Shown here: one piece after another, positions 47,305-56,848 of the stretch
Numbering within the stretch: the first letter of the stretch is position 1
Layout of the letters: every line of letters starts with the position of its first letter
Source of the DNA: Flavobacteriaceae bacterium
Lineage (GTDB): Bacteria; Bacteroidota; Bacteroidia; Flavobacteriales; Flavobacteriaceae
Assembly (NCBI GenBank): GCA_018608625.1
Contig: JABAZC010000003.1
Span: 3,801-67,800, forward strand
Length of the DNA stretch: 64,000 nucleotides
Reading direction: 5' to 3'
Translations under genes and position numbers: made by a program
The notes under the pieces: model-generated
The model's database searches: none
What the model saw: the letters and a program-made list of their open reading frames with translations, nothing else
Told to the model about the DNA's origin: nothing

Positions 47305-48519
47305 ATGTTAGAAAAAAAAGATATTAATTTAGAAAAAGCAGTGTTGATTGGTGTCATTACCAAATCACAGGACGAAATCAAATCCAAAGAGTATTTAGAG
47401 GAACTTGAGTTTTTAACTTATACTGCAGGTGGAGAAGTAATAAAGCGATTCACCCAAAAGATCGACATGCCCAACCCTAAAACTTTCATTGGAACTGGAA
47501 AAATGGAAGAACTACGTGTTTTTATTGAAGAAAAGAACATAGGTACCGCTATTTTTGACGACGAATTATCTTCAGCCCAAGAAAGAAATATTAGTAAAAT
47601 ATTAAATTGTAAGGTTTTAGATCGAACCAACCTAATTCTAGATATTTTTGCCCAACGGGCACAAACAAGTTACGCAAGAACTCAAGTTGAATTGGCACAG
47701 TGTGAGTATTTATTACCCAGACTAAAAGGAATGTGGACACACCTCGAGCGTCAAAAAGGGGGTATTGGTATGCGTGGGCCTGGTGAAACAGAAATTGAAA
47801 CTGACCGTCGAATTGTTAGAGAAAAAATAGCATTATTAAAGGCTAAAATCAAGAAAATTGATAAACAAATGTCAATCCAACGAAGTAACAGAGGGGCTAT
47901 GGTACGTGTGGCCCTTGTAGGATATACTAATGTTGGTAAGTCTACTTTAATGAATGTGATTAGCAAGTCGGATGTATTTGCTGAAAATAAATTATTTGCA
48001 ACTTTAGATACTACTGTTCGAAAAGTGGTGGTTAAAAACCTTCCTTTTTTAATGAGTGATACAGTCGGGTTTATTCGAAAGCTTCCAACACAGTTAGTTG
48101 ATTCGTTTAAGAGCACTTTAGATGAGGTTAGAGAATCAGATTTGCTTTTGCATGTAGTGGATATTTCGCATCCAAGTTTTGAAGAGCATATCGCATCTGT
48201 AAATCTAATTTTAAGTGAAATAAATGCGTTAGACAAACCCACACTGATGGTTTTTAATAAGATAGATGCTTATGAAGCCGAACCATTTGATGACAACGAC
48301 TTAATAGCTGTCCGTACTGAGGCGCACTATTCATTAGAAGAATGGAAAGCAACATGGATGTCTAAAACTGGTAAAAACTCCTTATTTATTTCAGCCCTGA
48401 ATAAAGATAATTTAGAAGATTTTAAAAAACGTGTTTATGATACAGTTCGAGAAATTCACGTAAAGAGATTTCCGTATAATCACTTTTTATACCCTGATTA
48501 CGAAGACATTATTGAATAA
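47305..48519 (+). CDS. hflX: GTPase HflX
   Basis: HflX N-terminal domain (..DELSSAQERNISKIL..VLDRT.LILDIFA.RA.T..A..QVELAQ). G-domain VALVGYTNVGKSTL, DTVGFI, NKID. Confidence 0.93.
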   Translation: MLEKKDINLEKAVLIGVITKSQDEIKSKEYLEELEFLTYTAGGEVIKRFTQKIDMPNPKTFIGTGKMEELRVFIEEKNIGTAIFDDELSSAQERNISKILNCKVLDRTNLILDIFAQRAQTSYARTQVELAQCEYLLPRLKGMWTHLERQKGGIGMRGPGETEIETDRRIVREKIALLKAKIKKIDKQMSIQRSNRGAMVRVALVGYTNVGKSTLMNVISKSDVFAENKLFATLDTTVRKVVVKNLPFLMSDTVGFIRKLPTQLVDSFKSTLDEVRESDLLLHVVDISHPSFEEHIASVNLILSEINALDKPTLMVFNKIDAYEAEPFDDNDLIAVRTEAHYSLEEWKATWMSKTGKNSLFISALNKDNLEDFKKRVYDTVREIHVKRFPYNHFLYPDYEDIIE

Positions 48520-48547
48520 AAAAAGCAGCGATTAGCTGCTTTTTTTA
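48520..48547. terminator. Bidirectional rho-independent terminator
   Basis: A-run, AGCAGC-GATTA-GCTGCT, then a T8 run, between convergent hflX and the DUF3078-like gene. Confidence 0.8.
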
Positions 48548-48561
48548 TGGAGTCAATAGTT

Positions 48562-49413
48562 TCAAAAACGATAATTTATTCCGAGTCCAATCATTTGTCG
48601 CGTTTGTAAGCCTTGAAATGCGTTATCATCATAAATAGCTTGAAATGCTAAGTTTGTTGAGAAGTATTTATTAATACCCATAACAATATTAATCGTGTAA
48701 TCAAAATCTACATTTTGAGGATCTTCGAGGTAGTCTGAGTACATATTTAGAATATTCTCCATCGTTATATTTTCCATCAAAGTAAATTTATAATATGCAC
48801 CTATAGAGGCACCTAACTCATAACGCACACTATTTCCCTCTTCTACCCCAAAGTAAGCATCATCTGGGAGCGTAAGTTCTTTGTCTACGACAATTAACTT
48901 TGAAGTTGCAGCTGCTATATTCACTTTTAAATCATCACTTTTTTTCCAAAGCATTCCGGGACCAACTTGTAAATATCCAGGAGATAAAATACTTGTCGGC
49001 CCTTTAGTTTCACTATTCAGATCGTCTGTAAATTGAGTTTTAAAATTCAGAAATAGAGAGTAATTCCAGTTTCCTTTTGCTTTTTTCCCTAAAACAGAAT
49101 TCCATTCCAGGCGGTCATTAGATTTTTGTATGTCTTGTGCTTTAATTTTTGTAATACCAAAAGCAACAATAATTTTGTTGTCCCAAGACCAGTTCGCTTT
49201 GGAATAGTTAAAATCATAGTTGACCCCTATTGCACCAGAAATATTACTGACACCACCAGCTATCCAGTTATCAAAAGAAGATTGATTAACTAAAAACGAG
49301 AAGGTGCCTACTTTTGCCCAGGGAGATACAGGGGGACTCTCTTGCATTGCTTCTTGTGAATAAATACTTTGAATTTGTATTGTTAGTGCAATTAACAAAA
49401 TTATGTTTTTCAT
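48562..49413 (-). CDS. DUF3078-like outer-membrane beta-barrel protein
   Basis: Signal peptide, alternating beta pattern, terminal ..GLGINYRF. Family name from recall only. Confidence 0.5.
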   Translation of the reverse strand: MKNIILLIALTIQIQSIYSQEAMQESPPVSPWAKVGTFSFLVNQSSFDNWIAGGVSNISGAIGVNYDFNYSKANWSWDNKIIVAFGITKIKAQDIQKSNDRLEWNSVLGKKAKGNWNYSLFLNFKTQFTDDLNSETKGPTSILSPGYLQVGPGMLWKKSDDLKVNIAAATSKLIVVDKELTLPDDAYFGVEEGNSVRYELGASIGAYYKFTLMENITMENILNMYSDYLEDPQNVDFDYTINIVMGINKYFSTNLAFQAIYDDNAFQGLQTRQMIGLGINYRF

Positions 49414-49435
49414 CTGTTAATAAACAAGTACGTTA

Positions 49436-49960
49436 TTAATATATAAAGTGTTGTTTTTTTTTGTAAAGAGGTACTGATGAGCATGCTTCTCCATAGAGAA
49501 TTGATTTTGCAATAGGCTGCAATTTGTCAATCAAAAAAAGATAGGCATTTTGTGGAACAGGCTTATTGGAACATCCTTTAATAATTACTGGTTTATTTTC
49601 ACAGTGACTGAAATCTAAATCATTGATTATTTTATAATAAATGTTAGTTTCCAAAGCTTCTAGGTCGCCAATAATAACCTGTTTAGCAATTTCTGAAAGC
49701 CGGAGTCTTACAAGCATATAGGCCCATCCTGGAATGATTGCTTCTGTAGTACAACAAAGGGCAATGTATTTATCTTTATAGGCACCCCAGTCATGCATCT
49801 CAACAAAAGCTCTGAATTCTTTTTCGCGAAGAACTAAACTTTCATACAGCCAGTCTTTAATGTCAAACACTACACGTGTTCCATTTGGGTAATAGTCTTC
49901 TAAGTCAATTGTTATTAAAGCGCTATTAGCTACACGATTTATAATCTCAGGCTTATTCAT
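49436..49960 (-). CDS. DUF2480-like protein (commonly trails flavobacterial suf operons)
   Basis: ..INRVANSALITIDLEDYYP...FDIKDWL....LREKEFR..V..HDW. Its position is directly downstream of the DUF59/SufT gene (2-nt gap). Confidence 0.55.
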   Translation of the reverse strand: MNKPEIINRVANSALITIDLEDYYPNGTRVVFDIKDWLYESLVLREKEFRAFVEMHDWGAYKDKYIALCCTTEAIIPGWAYMLVRLRLSEIAKQVIIGDLEALETNIYYKIINDLDFSHCENKPVIIKGCSNKPVPQNAYLFLIDKLQPIAKSILYGEACSSVPLYKKKQHFIY

Positions 49961-49962
49961 TG

Positions 49963-50289
49963 TTATAGCATTCCAAGTTCAAGCTTAGCTTCTTCACTCA
50001 TTAAGTCTTGCGTCCAAGGGGGGTCAAAAGTTATTTCAACCTCTGCGTCTTTGACAGCATCTAATGATTTTATTTTTTCTTCTACTTCTAAAGGAAGCGT
50101 TTCAGCGACTGGACAGTTTGGAGTGGTCAGCGTCATTAAGACTTTTACCTCATAATCTTCATTTACAAAGACATCATAAATTAGCCCTAGTTCATAAATA
50201 TCTACTGGTATTTCTGGATCAAAAATTGTTTTTATGACACGAACTATTTTTTCACCTAACGCATTAACATCAATTTCTTCGGTACTCAT
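49963..50289 (-). CDS. sufT: SUF-system Fe-S assembly protein, DUF59/SufT-like
   Basis: ..IKTIFDPEIPVDIYELGLIY.....V.V.MTLTTPNCPVAE.. is the conserved DUF59 Cys motif. Confidence 0.85.
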   Translation of the reverse strand: MSTEEIDVNALGEKIVRVIKTIFDPEIPVDIYELGLIYDVFVNEDYEVKVLMTLTTPNCPVAETLPLEVEEKIKSLDAVKDAEVEITFDPPWTQDLMSEEAKLELGML

Positions 50290-50711
50290 AATCCTATTTG
50301 TGTTTGATATGCTAGTGCATACATTTTTATTTTTTTTATCATACTTACTAATCCATTTGCTCGGGTAGGAGATAGGTGTTCCTTAAGCCCAATTTCATCA
50401 ATAAAGTCAGTATTTGTCTTCAGGATAACTTCAGGACTTTGGTTTGAAAAAACTCTAATCAAAATTGCTACAATGCCTTTAGTTATAATAGCATCACTGT
50501 CAGCAGTAAATATAATTTTATCACTTTCTAAGTCTGCATGAAGCCACACTTTACTTTGGCATCCTTTAATGATGTTGTCATCAGTTTTAAATCTTGCATT
50601 TATGATCGGTAGTGACTTTCCAAGTTCAATCATATATTCGTAGCGCTCCATCCAATCTTCAAACATGGAAAACTCATCTATTAACTCTTCTTTTATGGTT
50701 TCAATTTTCAT
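50286..50711 (-). CDS. sufE: Cysteine desulfuration protein SufE
   Basis: ..IKGCQSKVWLHA.. (active-site Cys), ..SDAIITKGIVAILIRVF... ATGA overlap with the downstream gene. The ATG at 50711 (MKIETIKEEL) is preferred over 50726. Confidence 0.85.
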   Translation of the reverse strand: MKIETIKEELIDEFSMFEDWMERYEYMIELGKSLPIINARFKTDDNIIKGCQSKVWLHADLESDKIIFTADSDAIITKGIVAILIRVFSNQSPEVILKTNTDFIDEIGLKEHLSPTRANGLVSMIKKIKMYALAYQTQIGL

Positions 50712-50742
50712 ACTGTAAAAATACAATTCTTAAATTGGAATT

Positions 50743-51189
50743 TTAATTTTCTTTTATAGATAATATAAGATCGACTAATTCCTTTAGTTCTTTCGGTGGG
50801 TTTTTGTGGTCGAAATCACTAGATTTTAGAGTATCTCCTTTTTTAATTATGGCTAAATATGCGAAAGGTACGCGATCTGTTTTTCTTAAATTAGATGGGG
50901 CAGTTAATTGACTCATAGATTTGAGGTCAATTGTGTCTACTAAATCAATACAAGCTTTCCATTCTTCAGAAGTGATTGAGCCGTTGACAGGATTTATCCT
51001 CTTGCGATTGTTAAGGAAAACCATCGATTTTTCAGTTATAGAAACCTCTTCAAAAAAACCACGTGTATGCGCTTGGTATATTAATTTGAGCTCATTTTTT
51101 CCAAACTCTTCTAACGTAGAATCATTTGATACTTTAGCAGAATTGCAGGCCAAAACAATTAAAGTAAGACAAGTGATTAGTAGTTTCAT
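50743..51189 (-). CDS. Hypothetical lipoprotein embedded between sufS and sufE
   Basis: Lipobox LIVLACNS. 148 aa. No recognisable motif. Confidence 0.55.
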   Translation of the reverse strand: MKLLITCLTLIVLACNSAKVSNDSTLEEFGKNELKLIYQAHTRGFFEEVSITEKSMVFLNNRKRINPVNGSITSEEWKACIDLVDTIDLKSMSQLTAPSNLRKTDRVPFAYLAIIKKGDTLKSSDFDHKNPPKELKELVDLILSIKEN

Positions 51190-51245
51190 GGATATTTTAT
51201 GAAGTAATTAATACGGAGTGTTTTATAAATGTAATAAAATATAAA

Positions 51246-52487
51246 CTAACGCAACATCATTGCAGCTCTTTTAACTCCTTCTACAAAAACATCTATTTCT
51301 TGTTTGGTATTGTAAAAAGAAAAGGAAGCTCTAGCAGTTCCTGAGATTCCAAAGAAATCCATAATTGGCTGTGCACAGTGTTGCCCTGTACGAATCGCAA
51401 TTCCTAGCTTATCAATGATTGTCCCAAGGTCATAGGCATGGATACCTTTGATGTTAAACGAGATCACTGACGTCTTGTTTTCTTTTGGGCCATAGATCTT
51501 CATGCCTTCAATAGTATTCATTTTTCTAGTGGCATATTCCAATAGTTCATGTTCGTATGAAGCAATAGCATCAAAGCCGATAGAATTCATATAATTAATT
51601 GCTGCTCCAAAAGCGATTCCACCACAAATATTTGGTGTTCCAGCTTCAAATTTATGAGGTAGTCCAGTATAGGTTGTCTCCTCAAAAGTCACCTCAGAAA
51701 TCATTTCACCTCCACCTTGATATGGGGGCAGTTTGTGAAGCCATGACTCTTTTGCGTAGAGTATTCCAACTCCTGTTGGTCCACACATTTTGTGGCCTGA
51801 AGTCACATAAAAGTCTACATCCAAAGCTTGAACATCGGGCTTAATGTGAGGACATGCCTGTGCACCATCAATTAATATGGCTGCCCCTACTTTATGAGCT
51901 TTTTGAATCATTTCTTCGATAGGGTTAATGGTACCTAAGGCGTTAGAAATGTGATTCACAAAAACTAGTTTTGGATTTAAAAGTAACAAAGTATCGTAAG
52001 CATCCATGTCTAATGCTCCATCTTGTGTCATGGGGATTACTTTTAAAGTTGCTTTTGTTTTTTCGCAAAGCATTTGCCAAGGGACAATATTGCTATGGTG
52101 CTCTAATGCAGAAACTAAAACAGTATCAGATTTCGTTAGCAAGCTCGCAAATCCATTAGCTACTAAATTAATACTATGTGTAGTCCCAGAAGTAAGTATA
52201 ATCTCGTGAGAATGCAAGGCGTTAAAGTGCTTTTGAATTATTTGGCGAGCAGCTTCATATTTATCAGTTGCTTCTTGACTTAGTGTGTGTACTCCTCTGT
52301 GGATATTTGAATTATAATTTGAGTAATAATCTACGATTACATCAATAACTTGCTGAGGTGTTTGGGAGGTAGCTGCGTTATCAAAGTAAATTAAGGGCTT
52401 TCCATTGACGCTTCTTGAAAGTATTGGAAAATCTTTTCTGATACTTTCTACATTAAAAAGTGTATTTGAATCTTGGCTTTTCTTCAT
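51246..52487 (-). CDS. sufS: Cysteine desulfurase SufS (class II aminotransferase V)
   Basis: ..YFDNAATSQ.., ..NIHRGVHTLS.., ..SGHKMCGPTGVG.. (PLP Lys), ..RTGQHCAQP.. (catalytic Cys). Confidence 0.93.
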   Translation of the reverse strand: MKKSQDSNTLFNVESIRKDFPILSRSVNGKPLIYFDNAATSQTPQQVIDVIVDYYSNYNSNIHRGVHTLSQEATDKYEAARQIIQKHFNALHSHEIILTSGTTHSINLVANGFASLLTKSDTVLVSALEHHSNIVPWQMLCEKTKATLKVIPMTQDGALDMDAYDTLLLLNPKLVFVNHISNALGTINPIEEMIQKAHKVGAAILIDGAQACPHIKPDVQALDVDFYVTSGHKMCGPTGVGILYAKESWLHKLPPYQGGGEMISEVTFEETTYTGLPHKFEAGTPNICGGIAFGAAINYMNSIGFDAIASYEHELLEYATRKMNTIEGMKIYGPKENKTSVISFNIKGIHAYDLGTIIDKLGIAIRTGQHCAQPIMDFFGISGTARASFSFYNTKQEIDVFVEGVKRAAMMLR

Positions 52488-53800
52488 AAATCAAATCCGA
52501 TATTAACTCCTAGTTTTTTTGCAATTAATTTATTAATTCTGTTTTTTAATTGAGGAATTTTAACACTTTCTAGAACATTATTTGCAAACGCATACATTAA
52601 AAGAGCTTTAGCTTCTTTTTCAGGAATTCCTCTTGCGCGTAAATAAAACATAGCATTTCCGTCTAGTTGACCAATAGTACAACCATGCGAGCATTTTACG
52701 TCATCAGCAAAAATCTCTAACTGAGGCTTGGTGTTTATAGTTGCTTTGTCATTTACAAGTAGGTTGTTATTTGATTGAAAAGCATTTGTTTTTTGGGCTT
52801 CTTTATCTACAAGTACTTTTCCATTAAATACCCCAACAGAGCTATCACTAAAAATTCCTTTATAATCTTGATGACTTTCACAATTTGGTTCAATATGGTG
52901 TACTAGTGTATTATGGTCTACATGTTGTTTATTTCCAATAATAGTTACCCCTTTTAGTGTTGAATCCATATATTCACCGTTTTGATAGAAATTTAAATTG
53001 TTGCGAGTCAATTTGCCTCCAAAACTAAATGTATGAACTGAAACATGGCTTTCTCTTCCTTGGTCAATATAGGTGCTATCTATTAGCGAAGCATTATCTC
53101 TGTCGTTTTGAACCTTATAATAATCAACAATCCCTCTTTTTGCTGCAAATATTTCAGTCACACAGTTTGTTAGTGTAGGGTTGTTTGTAAGGCTTTGATG
53201 GCGTTCTATAATTTGTACTTGCGCATTTTCATCTACTACAATTAAGTTTCTTGGCTGCAACAACAGAGCAGCTTCGTTTCCGGTTGAAAAATGAATGATT
53301 TGAATTGGTTTTTCAACCAATTTATTTTTTGTGATATGGATGTAAGCGCCTTCATTTACAAAAGCGGTATTTAAGGATATTAAGCTGTTTTGTTCTGCGA
53401 TTTTATTGAAATAGTTTTCAATTACAGAACGGTATTTTGGCTTTTCTAACGCATAAGACATAAGGCAAATGTCAATGCCATCGTGTGTGGTTTGTGATAG
53501 GTGAGAAGCGTACTTTCCATCAACAAAAACAATTTTATAACTGTCTATGTCATGTATAAAATAGGGTTGAACGTCTTTGTATTCAAGCGCCTGTTCTGTT
53601 TTTGAAAAAACACTGAAATCTTCTTTAAGGACTTTCTTTAAACTTGTGTATTTCCATGCCTCATCCTTTTTTTCGGGAAATCCTTGAGTTTCAAAATGCT
53701 TAAGCGATTCTGTTCTCATGGAATGTATAAAAGAATTGTCTAATGAAATTTGATTTTCAAAAGCAATGAAAGAGGATACTAGTTTTTCTTTAAGTTCCAT
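52484..53800 (-). CDS. sufD: Fe-S cluster assembly protein SufD
   Basis: 438 aa. Beta-helix C-terminal region ..KPQLEIFADDVKCSHG.TIGQLD....FYL..RGI....A. 4-nt overlap with sufS. Confidence 0.9.
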   Translation of the reverse strand: MELKEKLVSSFIAFENQISLDNSFIHSMRTESLKHFETQGFPEKKDEAWKYTSLKKVLKEDFSVFSKTEQALEYKDVQPYFIHDIDSYKIVFVDGKYASHLSQTTHDGIDICLMSYALEKPKYRSVIENYFNKIAEQNSLISLNTAFVNEGAYIHITKNKLVEKPIQIIHFSTGNEAALLLQPRNLIVVDENAQVQIIERHQSLTNNPTLTNCVTEIFAAKRGIVDYYKVQNDRDNASLIDSTYIDQGRESHVSVHTFSFGGKLTRNNLNFYQNGEYMDSTLKGVTIIGNKQHVDHNTLVHHIEPNCESHQDYKGIFSDSSVGVFNGKVLVDKEAQKTNAFQSNNNLLVNDKATINTKPQLEIFADDVKCSHGCTIGQLDGNAMFYLRARGIPEKEAKALLMYAFANNVLESVKIPQLKNRINKLIAKKLGVNIGFDL

Positions 53801-53816
53801 AAAGGGTTGAGTTCTT

Positions 53817-54569
53817 TTAATTTCCAGCTTCTTGTTTGATCCAGTCGTAGCCTTTTTCCTCTAACTCAAATGCGAGTTCTTTGGTGCCTGATTTAACGAT
53901 TTTTCCATTGTAGAGTACGTGTACAAAGTCGGGCACTATATAATCTAGTAGGCGTTGGTAATGCGTAATAATTACAACGGCATTATCCTTTGATTTTAAT
54001 TTGTTAACACCATTTGCTACAATTCGCAGGGCGTCAATATCTAGTCCAGAATCCGTTTCATCTAGTATTGATAGTTTTGGCTCTAACATCGCCATTTGAA
54101 AAATTTCATTTCGTTTTTTTTCTCCTCCAGAAAACCCTTGGTTTAGGGATCTAGATAAAAACTTTCTGTCAATTTCTAGAAGTTCAGATTTTTCACGAAT
54201 TAGTTTTAGCATTTCCTTGGCAGGCATGTCATTTAAGCCTTTTGCTTTACGCATTTCGTTTAGAGATGTCTTCATGAAGTTAGTTACTGTTACTCCAGGT
54301 ATTTCTACTGGGTATTGAAATGATAAAAAGATCCCTTTGTGTGCCCGTTCTTCAACAGAAAGCTCATCAATATTCTGACCTTCAAAAGTAATTTCTCCTT
54401 TTTCAACTTCGTATTCTTCTTTTCCAGCGATGACTGATGCAAGTGTGCTCTTTCCAGAACCATTAGGTCCCATTATAGCATGTACTTCTCCTGGTTTTAT
54501 TTCTAGATTGATGCCTTTAAGAATTGACTTTTCGTCAATGTCTGCATGTAAATCAGTTATTTTTAACAT
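53817..54569 (-). CDS. sufC: Fe-S cluster assembly ATPase SufC
   Basis: MLKITDLHA...GPNGSGKSTL (Walker A), FSGGEKKRNEI (ABC signature), ILDETDSGLD (Walker B). Confidence 0.95.
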   Translation of the reverse strand: MLKITDLHADIDEKSILKGINLEIKPGEVHAIMGPNGSGKSTLASVIAGKEEYEVEKGEITFEGQNIDELSVEERAHKGIFLSFQYPVEIPGVTVTNFMKTSLNEMRKAKGLNDMPAKEMLKLIREKSELLEIDRKFLSRSLNQGFSGGEKKRNEIFQMAMLEPKLSILDETDSGLDIDALRIVANGVNKLKSKDNAVVIITHYQRLLDYIVPDFVHVLYNGKIVKSGTKELAFELEEKGYDWIKQEAGN

Positions 54570-54571
54570 AA

Positions 54572-54928
54572 TTATTCTGTGCCTAATTTAAGTGTGTTCT
54601 CTTTTTCTTTTGTTGCTGAAATAGCAATGATTTCAATAATTTCTATTTTATTCTCCCATAAAATCTTAGCATCTTTTTTATTAGATATAATTCCAGTAAC
54701 TTCCACGCTGATCATATCTGTTTTACTTAGTTTTAAAGGAGTAGCTTTTTCATTTAATTCTTTTGCTTTGGCATTCAAAAACACACCATAAATTTCATTC
54801 TCACTTTGCAAGACTGCGGCATCTTCAAAAAAGATGTAGTTCCCTTTTATTCTGGTGAGCCCCTCTTTATTTGTGTTTTTACAACTTAAAACAGAAGCTA
54901 TTAAAATAAATATTAAAAGTTTTTTCAT
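54572..54928 (-). CDS. Hypothetical small lipoprotein wedged between sufB and sufC
   Basis: Lipobox ASVLSCKN. 118 aa. 10-nt gap to the sufB stop and 2-nt gap to the sufC start. Confidence 0.55.
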   Translation of the reverse strand: MKKLLIFILIASVLSCKNTNKEGLTRIKGNYIFFEDAAVLQSENEIYGVFLNAKAKELNEKATPLKLSKTDMISVEVTGIISNKKDAKILWENKIEIIEIIAISATKEKENTLKLGTE

Positions 54929-54938
54929 TTTTCATTTT

Positions 54939-56387
54939 TTATCCTACAGAACCTTCTAAACTAATTTCTAATAGTTTCTGTGCTTCTACAGCAAATTCCA
55001 TAGGTAGTTTGTTTAAAACATCTTTACTAAAGCCGTTTACAATTAGCGCAATTGCTTTTTCGGTCTCAATACCTCGCTGGTTACAGTAAAATATCTGGTC
55101 TTCTCCAATTTTACTTGTAGTTGCTTCATGCTCAATCTGTGCTGTCTTATTTTTAACTTCAATGTATGGAAATGTATGTGCACCACATTCATTTCCCATT
55201 AAAAGACTATCACACTGAGAAAAGTTTCTTGCATTATCAGCCCTAGAACTAATTTGCACTAGGCCTCTGTAACTGTTTTGTGATTTACCAGCTGAAATTC
55301 CTTTACTAATAATTGTTGATTTCGTGTTTTTACCTAAGTGAATCATTTTTGTTCCAGTATCCGCTTGTTGGTAGTTATTTGTAACTGCAATCGAGTAAAA
55401 CTCGCCAACAGAATTATCTCCTTTGAGTATACAAGAGGGGTATTTCCATGTTACGGCACTACCGGTTTCAACTTGAGTCCAAGAAATTTTTGCATCTTTC
55501 TCACAAAGCCCTCTCTTTGTTACAAAGTTGTAAACCCCGCCAACACCTTTTGCATTTCCAGGATACCAGTTTTGAACAGTTGAGTATTTGATTTCAGCAG
55601 CATCTAGAGCAATAAGCTCTACGACAGCTGCATGTAATTGATTTTCGTCTCTACTTGGAGCTGTACAGCCCTCTAGATAGCTAACGTAACTGCCTTCATC
55701 AGCAATCAACAGTGTGCGCTCAAATTGCCCTGTCCCGGCTTGATTTATTCTAAAATAAGTTGAGAGCTCCATAGGACACCTTACTCCTTTAGGTATGTAA
55801 CAAAAACTACCATCACTAAACACGGCACTATTAAGTGCTGCATAGTAATTATCAGTTGTTGGAACAACGGTTCCAATATATTTTTTCACCAGTTCAGGGT
55901 GTTCTTTAATAGCCTCTGAAATACTCATGAAAATAATTCCTTTTTCTCCCAAAGTCTTTTTGAATGTAGTGGCTACGGACACAGAGTCAACAACAATATC
56001 CATAGCGACATTGTTCATTTTCTTCTGTTCATCTACAGAGATACCTAACTTTTTATACATCGCTAACAAATCAGGGTCAACATCATCTAATGTTTTATTA
56101 GGATCGACAGCGGTTGGTGCTGAATAATAAGCGATTGCTTGAAAATCTGGTTTTTGATACTTCACGTTCGCCCAATCAGGCTCTTCCATGCTTTTCCAAA
56201 CTTTAAAGGCTTCTAAGCGCCATTGAGTCATCCATTCAGGCTCCTCTTTTTTATTTGAAATAGCTCTTACAATGGATTCATCTAATCCAATCGGAAACGT
56301 TTCGGAATCTATATCTGTATAAAAACCATATTCATATTCTTTGGTTTTTAATTCTTCTCTTAAATCATCTTCTGTGTACTTACTCAT
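54939..56387 (-). CDS. sufB: Fe-S cluster assembly scaffold SufB
   Basis: 482 aa. ..[10 protein letters not shown].., ..[13 protein letters not shown].., ..[15 protein letters not shown]...RGI.. are highly conserved SufB blocks. Confidence 0.95.
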   Translation of the reverse strand: MSKYTEDDLREELKTKEYEYGFYTDIDSETFPIGLDESIVRAISNKKEEPEWMTQWRLEAFKVWKSMEEPDWANVKYQKPDFQAIAYYSAPTAVDPNKTLDDVDPDLLAMYKKLGISVDEQKKMNNVAMDIVVDSVSVATTFKKTLGEKGIIFMSISEAIKEHPELVKKYIGTVVPTTDNYYAALNSAVFSDGSFCYIPKGVRCPMELSTYFRINQAGTGQFERTLLIADEGSYVSYLEGCTAPSRDENQLHAAVVELIALDAAEIKYSTVQNWYPGNAKGVGGVYNFVTKRGLCEKDAKISWTQVETGSAVTWKYPSCILKGDNSVGEFYSIAVTNNYQQADTGTKMIHLGKNTKSTIISKGISAGKSQNSYRGLVQISSRADNARNFSQCDSLLMGNECGAHTFPYIEVKNKTAQIEHEATTSKIGEDQIFYCNQRGIETEKAIALIVNGFSKDVLNKLPMEFAVEAQKLLEISLEGSVG

Positions 56388-56404
56388 ACCGCTTATAAAT
56401 TATA

Positions 56405-56734
56405 TTATAAAGAAAAAGATTCTCCACACCCACACGTACGGTTGGCATTGGGGTTATTAAACACAAATCCTGCCCCATTTAACCCACCGGAATACTCCAG
56501 GGTAGTGCCTATAAGGTATAGGAAACTTTTAGTATCAACGACTATTTTTACTCCATTGTCTTCAAATAACTTATCGCCGTCAATCTGAGATTTATCAAAT
56601 TTCAAGTCGTAAGATAAGCCTGAGCATCCCCCGCTTTTGACGCCAACTCTAACATAGTCTATGTTGGGGTCAAAACCATCTTCTTGCATTAATTGCAAGA
56701 CTTTACTTTTTGCTGTTTCTGATACTTTTATCAT
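56405..56734 (-). CDS. sufA: Iron-sulfur cluster insertion protein, HesB/IscA/SufA family
   Basis: MIKVSETAKSKV...VGVKSGGCSGLSY...CGCGESFSL (three conserved Cys). The ATG at 56734 is preferred because the upstream 32 codons of the ORF cover a promoter box and a terminator hairpin. Confidence 0.9.
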   Translation of the reverse strand: MIKVSETAKSKVLQLMQEDGFDPNIDYVRVGVKSGGCSGLSYDLKFDKSQIDGDKLFEDNGVKIVVDTKSFLYLIGTTLEYSGGLNGAGFVFNNPNANRTCGCGESFSL

Positions 56735-56766
56735 TGTGCTTGTGTTACTCCTTTTTAAATAGTGTA

Positions 56767-56774
56767 CAAATATA
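56767..56774 (-). promoter_or_regulatory. -7 promoter box TATATTTG (minus strand) for the suf operon
   Basis: The plus strand reads caaatata. Exact TAnnTTTG match 32 nt upstream of the ATG at 56734. Confidence 0.45.
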
Positions 56775-56823
56775 CAACATAAGGAGGGGATTTCCATAAA
56801 TCCCAACATTATATTAATATATG

Positions 56824-56848
56824 AATCCATAGGTTTTACCTATGGATT
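56824..56848 (-). terminator. Hairpin terminator of the four-lipoprotein operon, enclosing the stop codon of the peroxidase gene
   Basis: AATCCATAGG-TTTTA-CCTATGGATT is a perfect 10-bp stem. On the minus strand it is followed by an AT-rich tail (TCATATATTAATAT) rather than a clean U-run. Confidence 0.55.

Noticed and set aside
47751-48242. 163-aa ORF antisense to hflX
   Set aside because: It is embedded opposite the conserved G-domain of HflX with no recognisable motifs. Long antisense ORFs are expected by chance in AT-rich coding DNA with few reverse-frame stops.
56735-56830. N-terminal 32-codon extension of the sufA/iscA ORF
   Set aside because: The extension covers the suf -7 promoter box and the upstream terminator hairpin. 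It encodes a non-conserved Cys/Phe-rich peptide. HesB/IscA proteins start at MIKVSE-type sequences.
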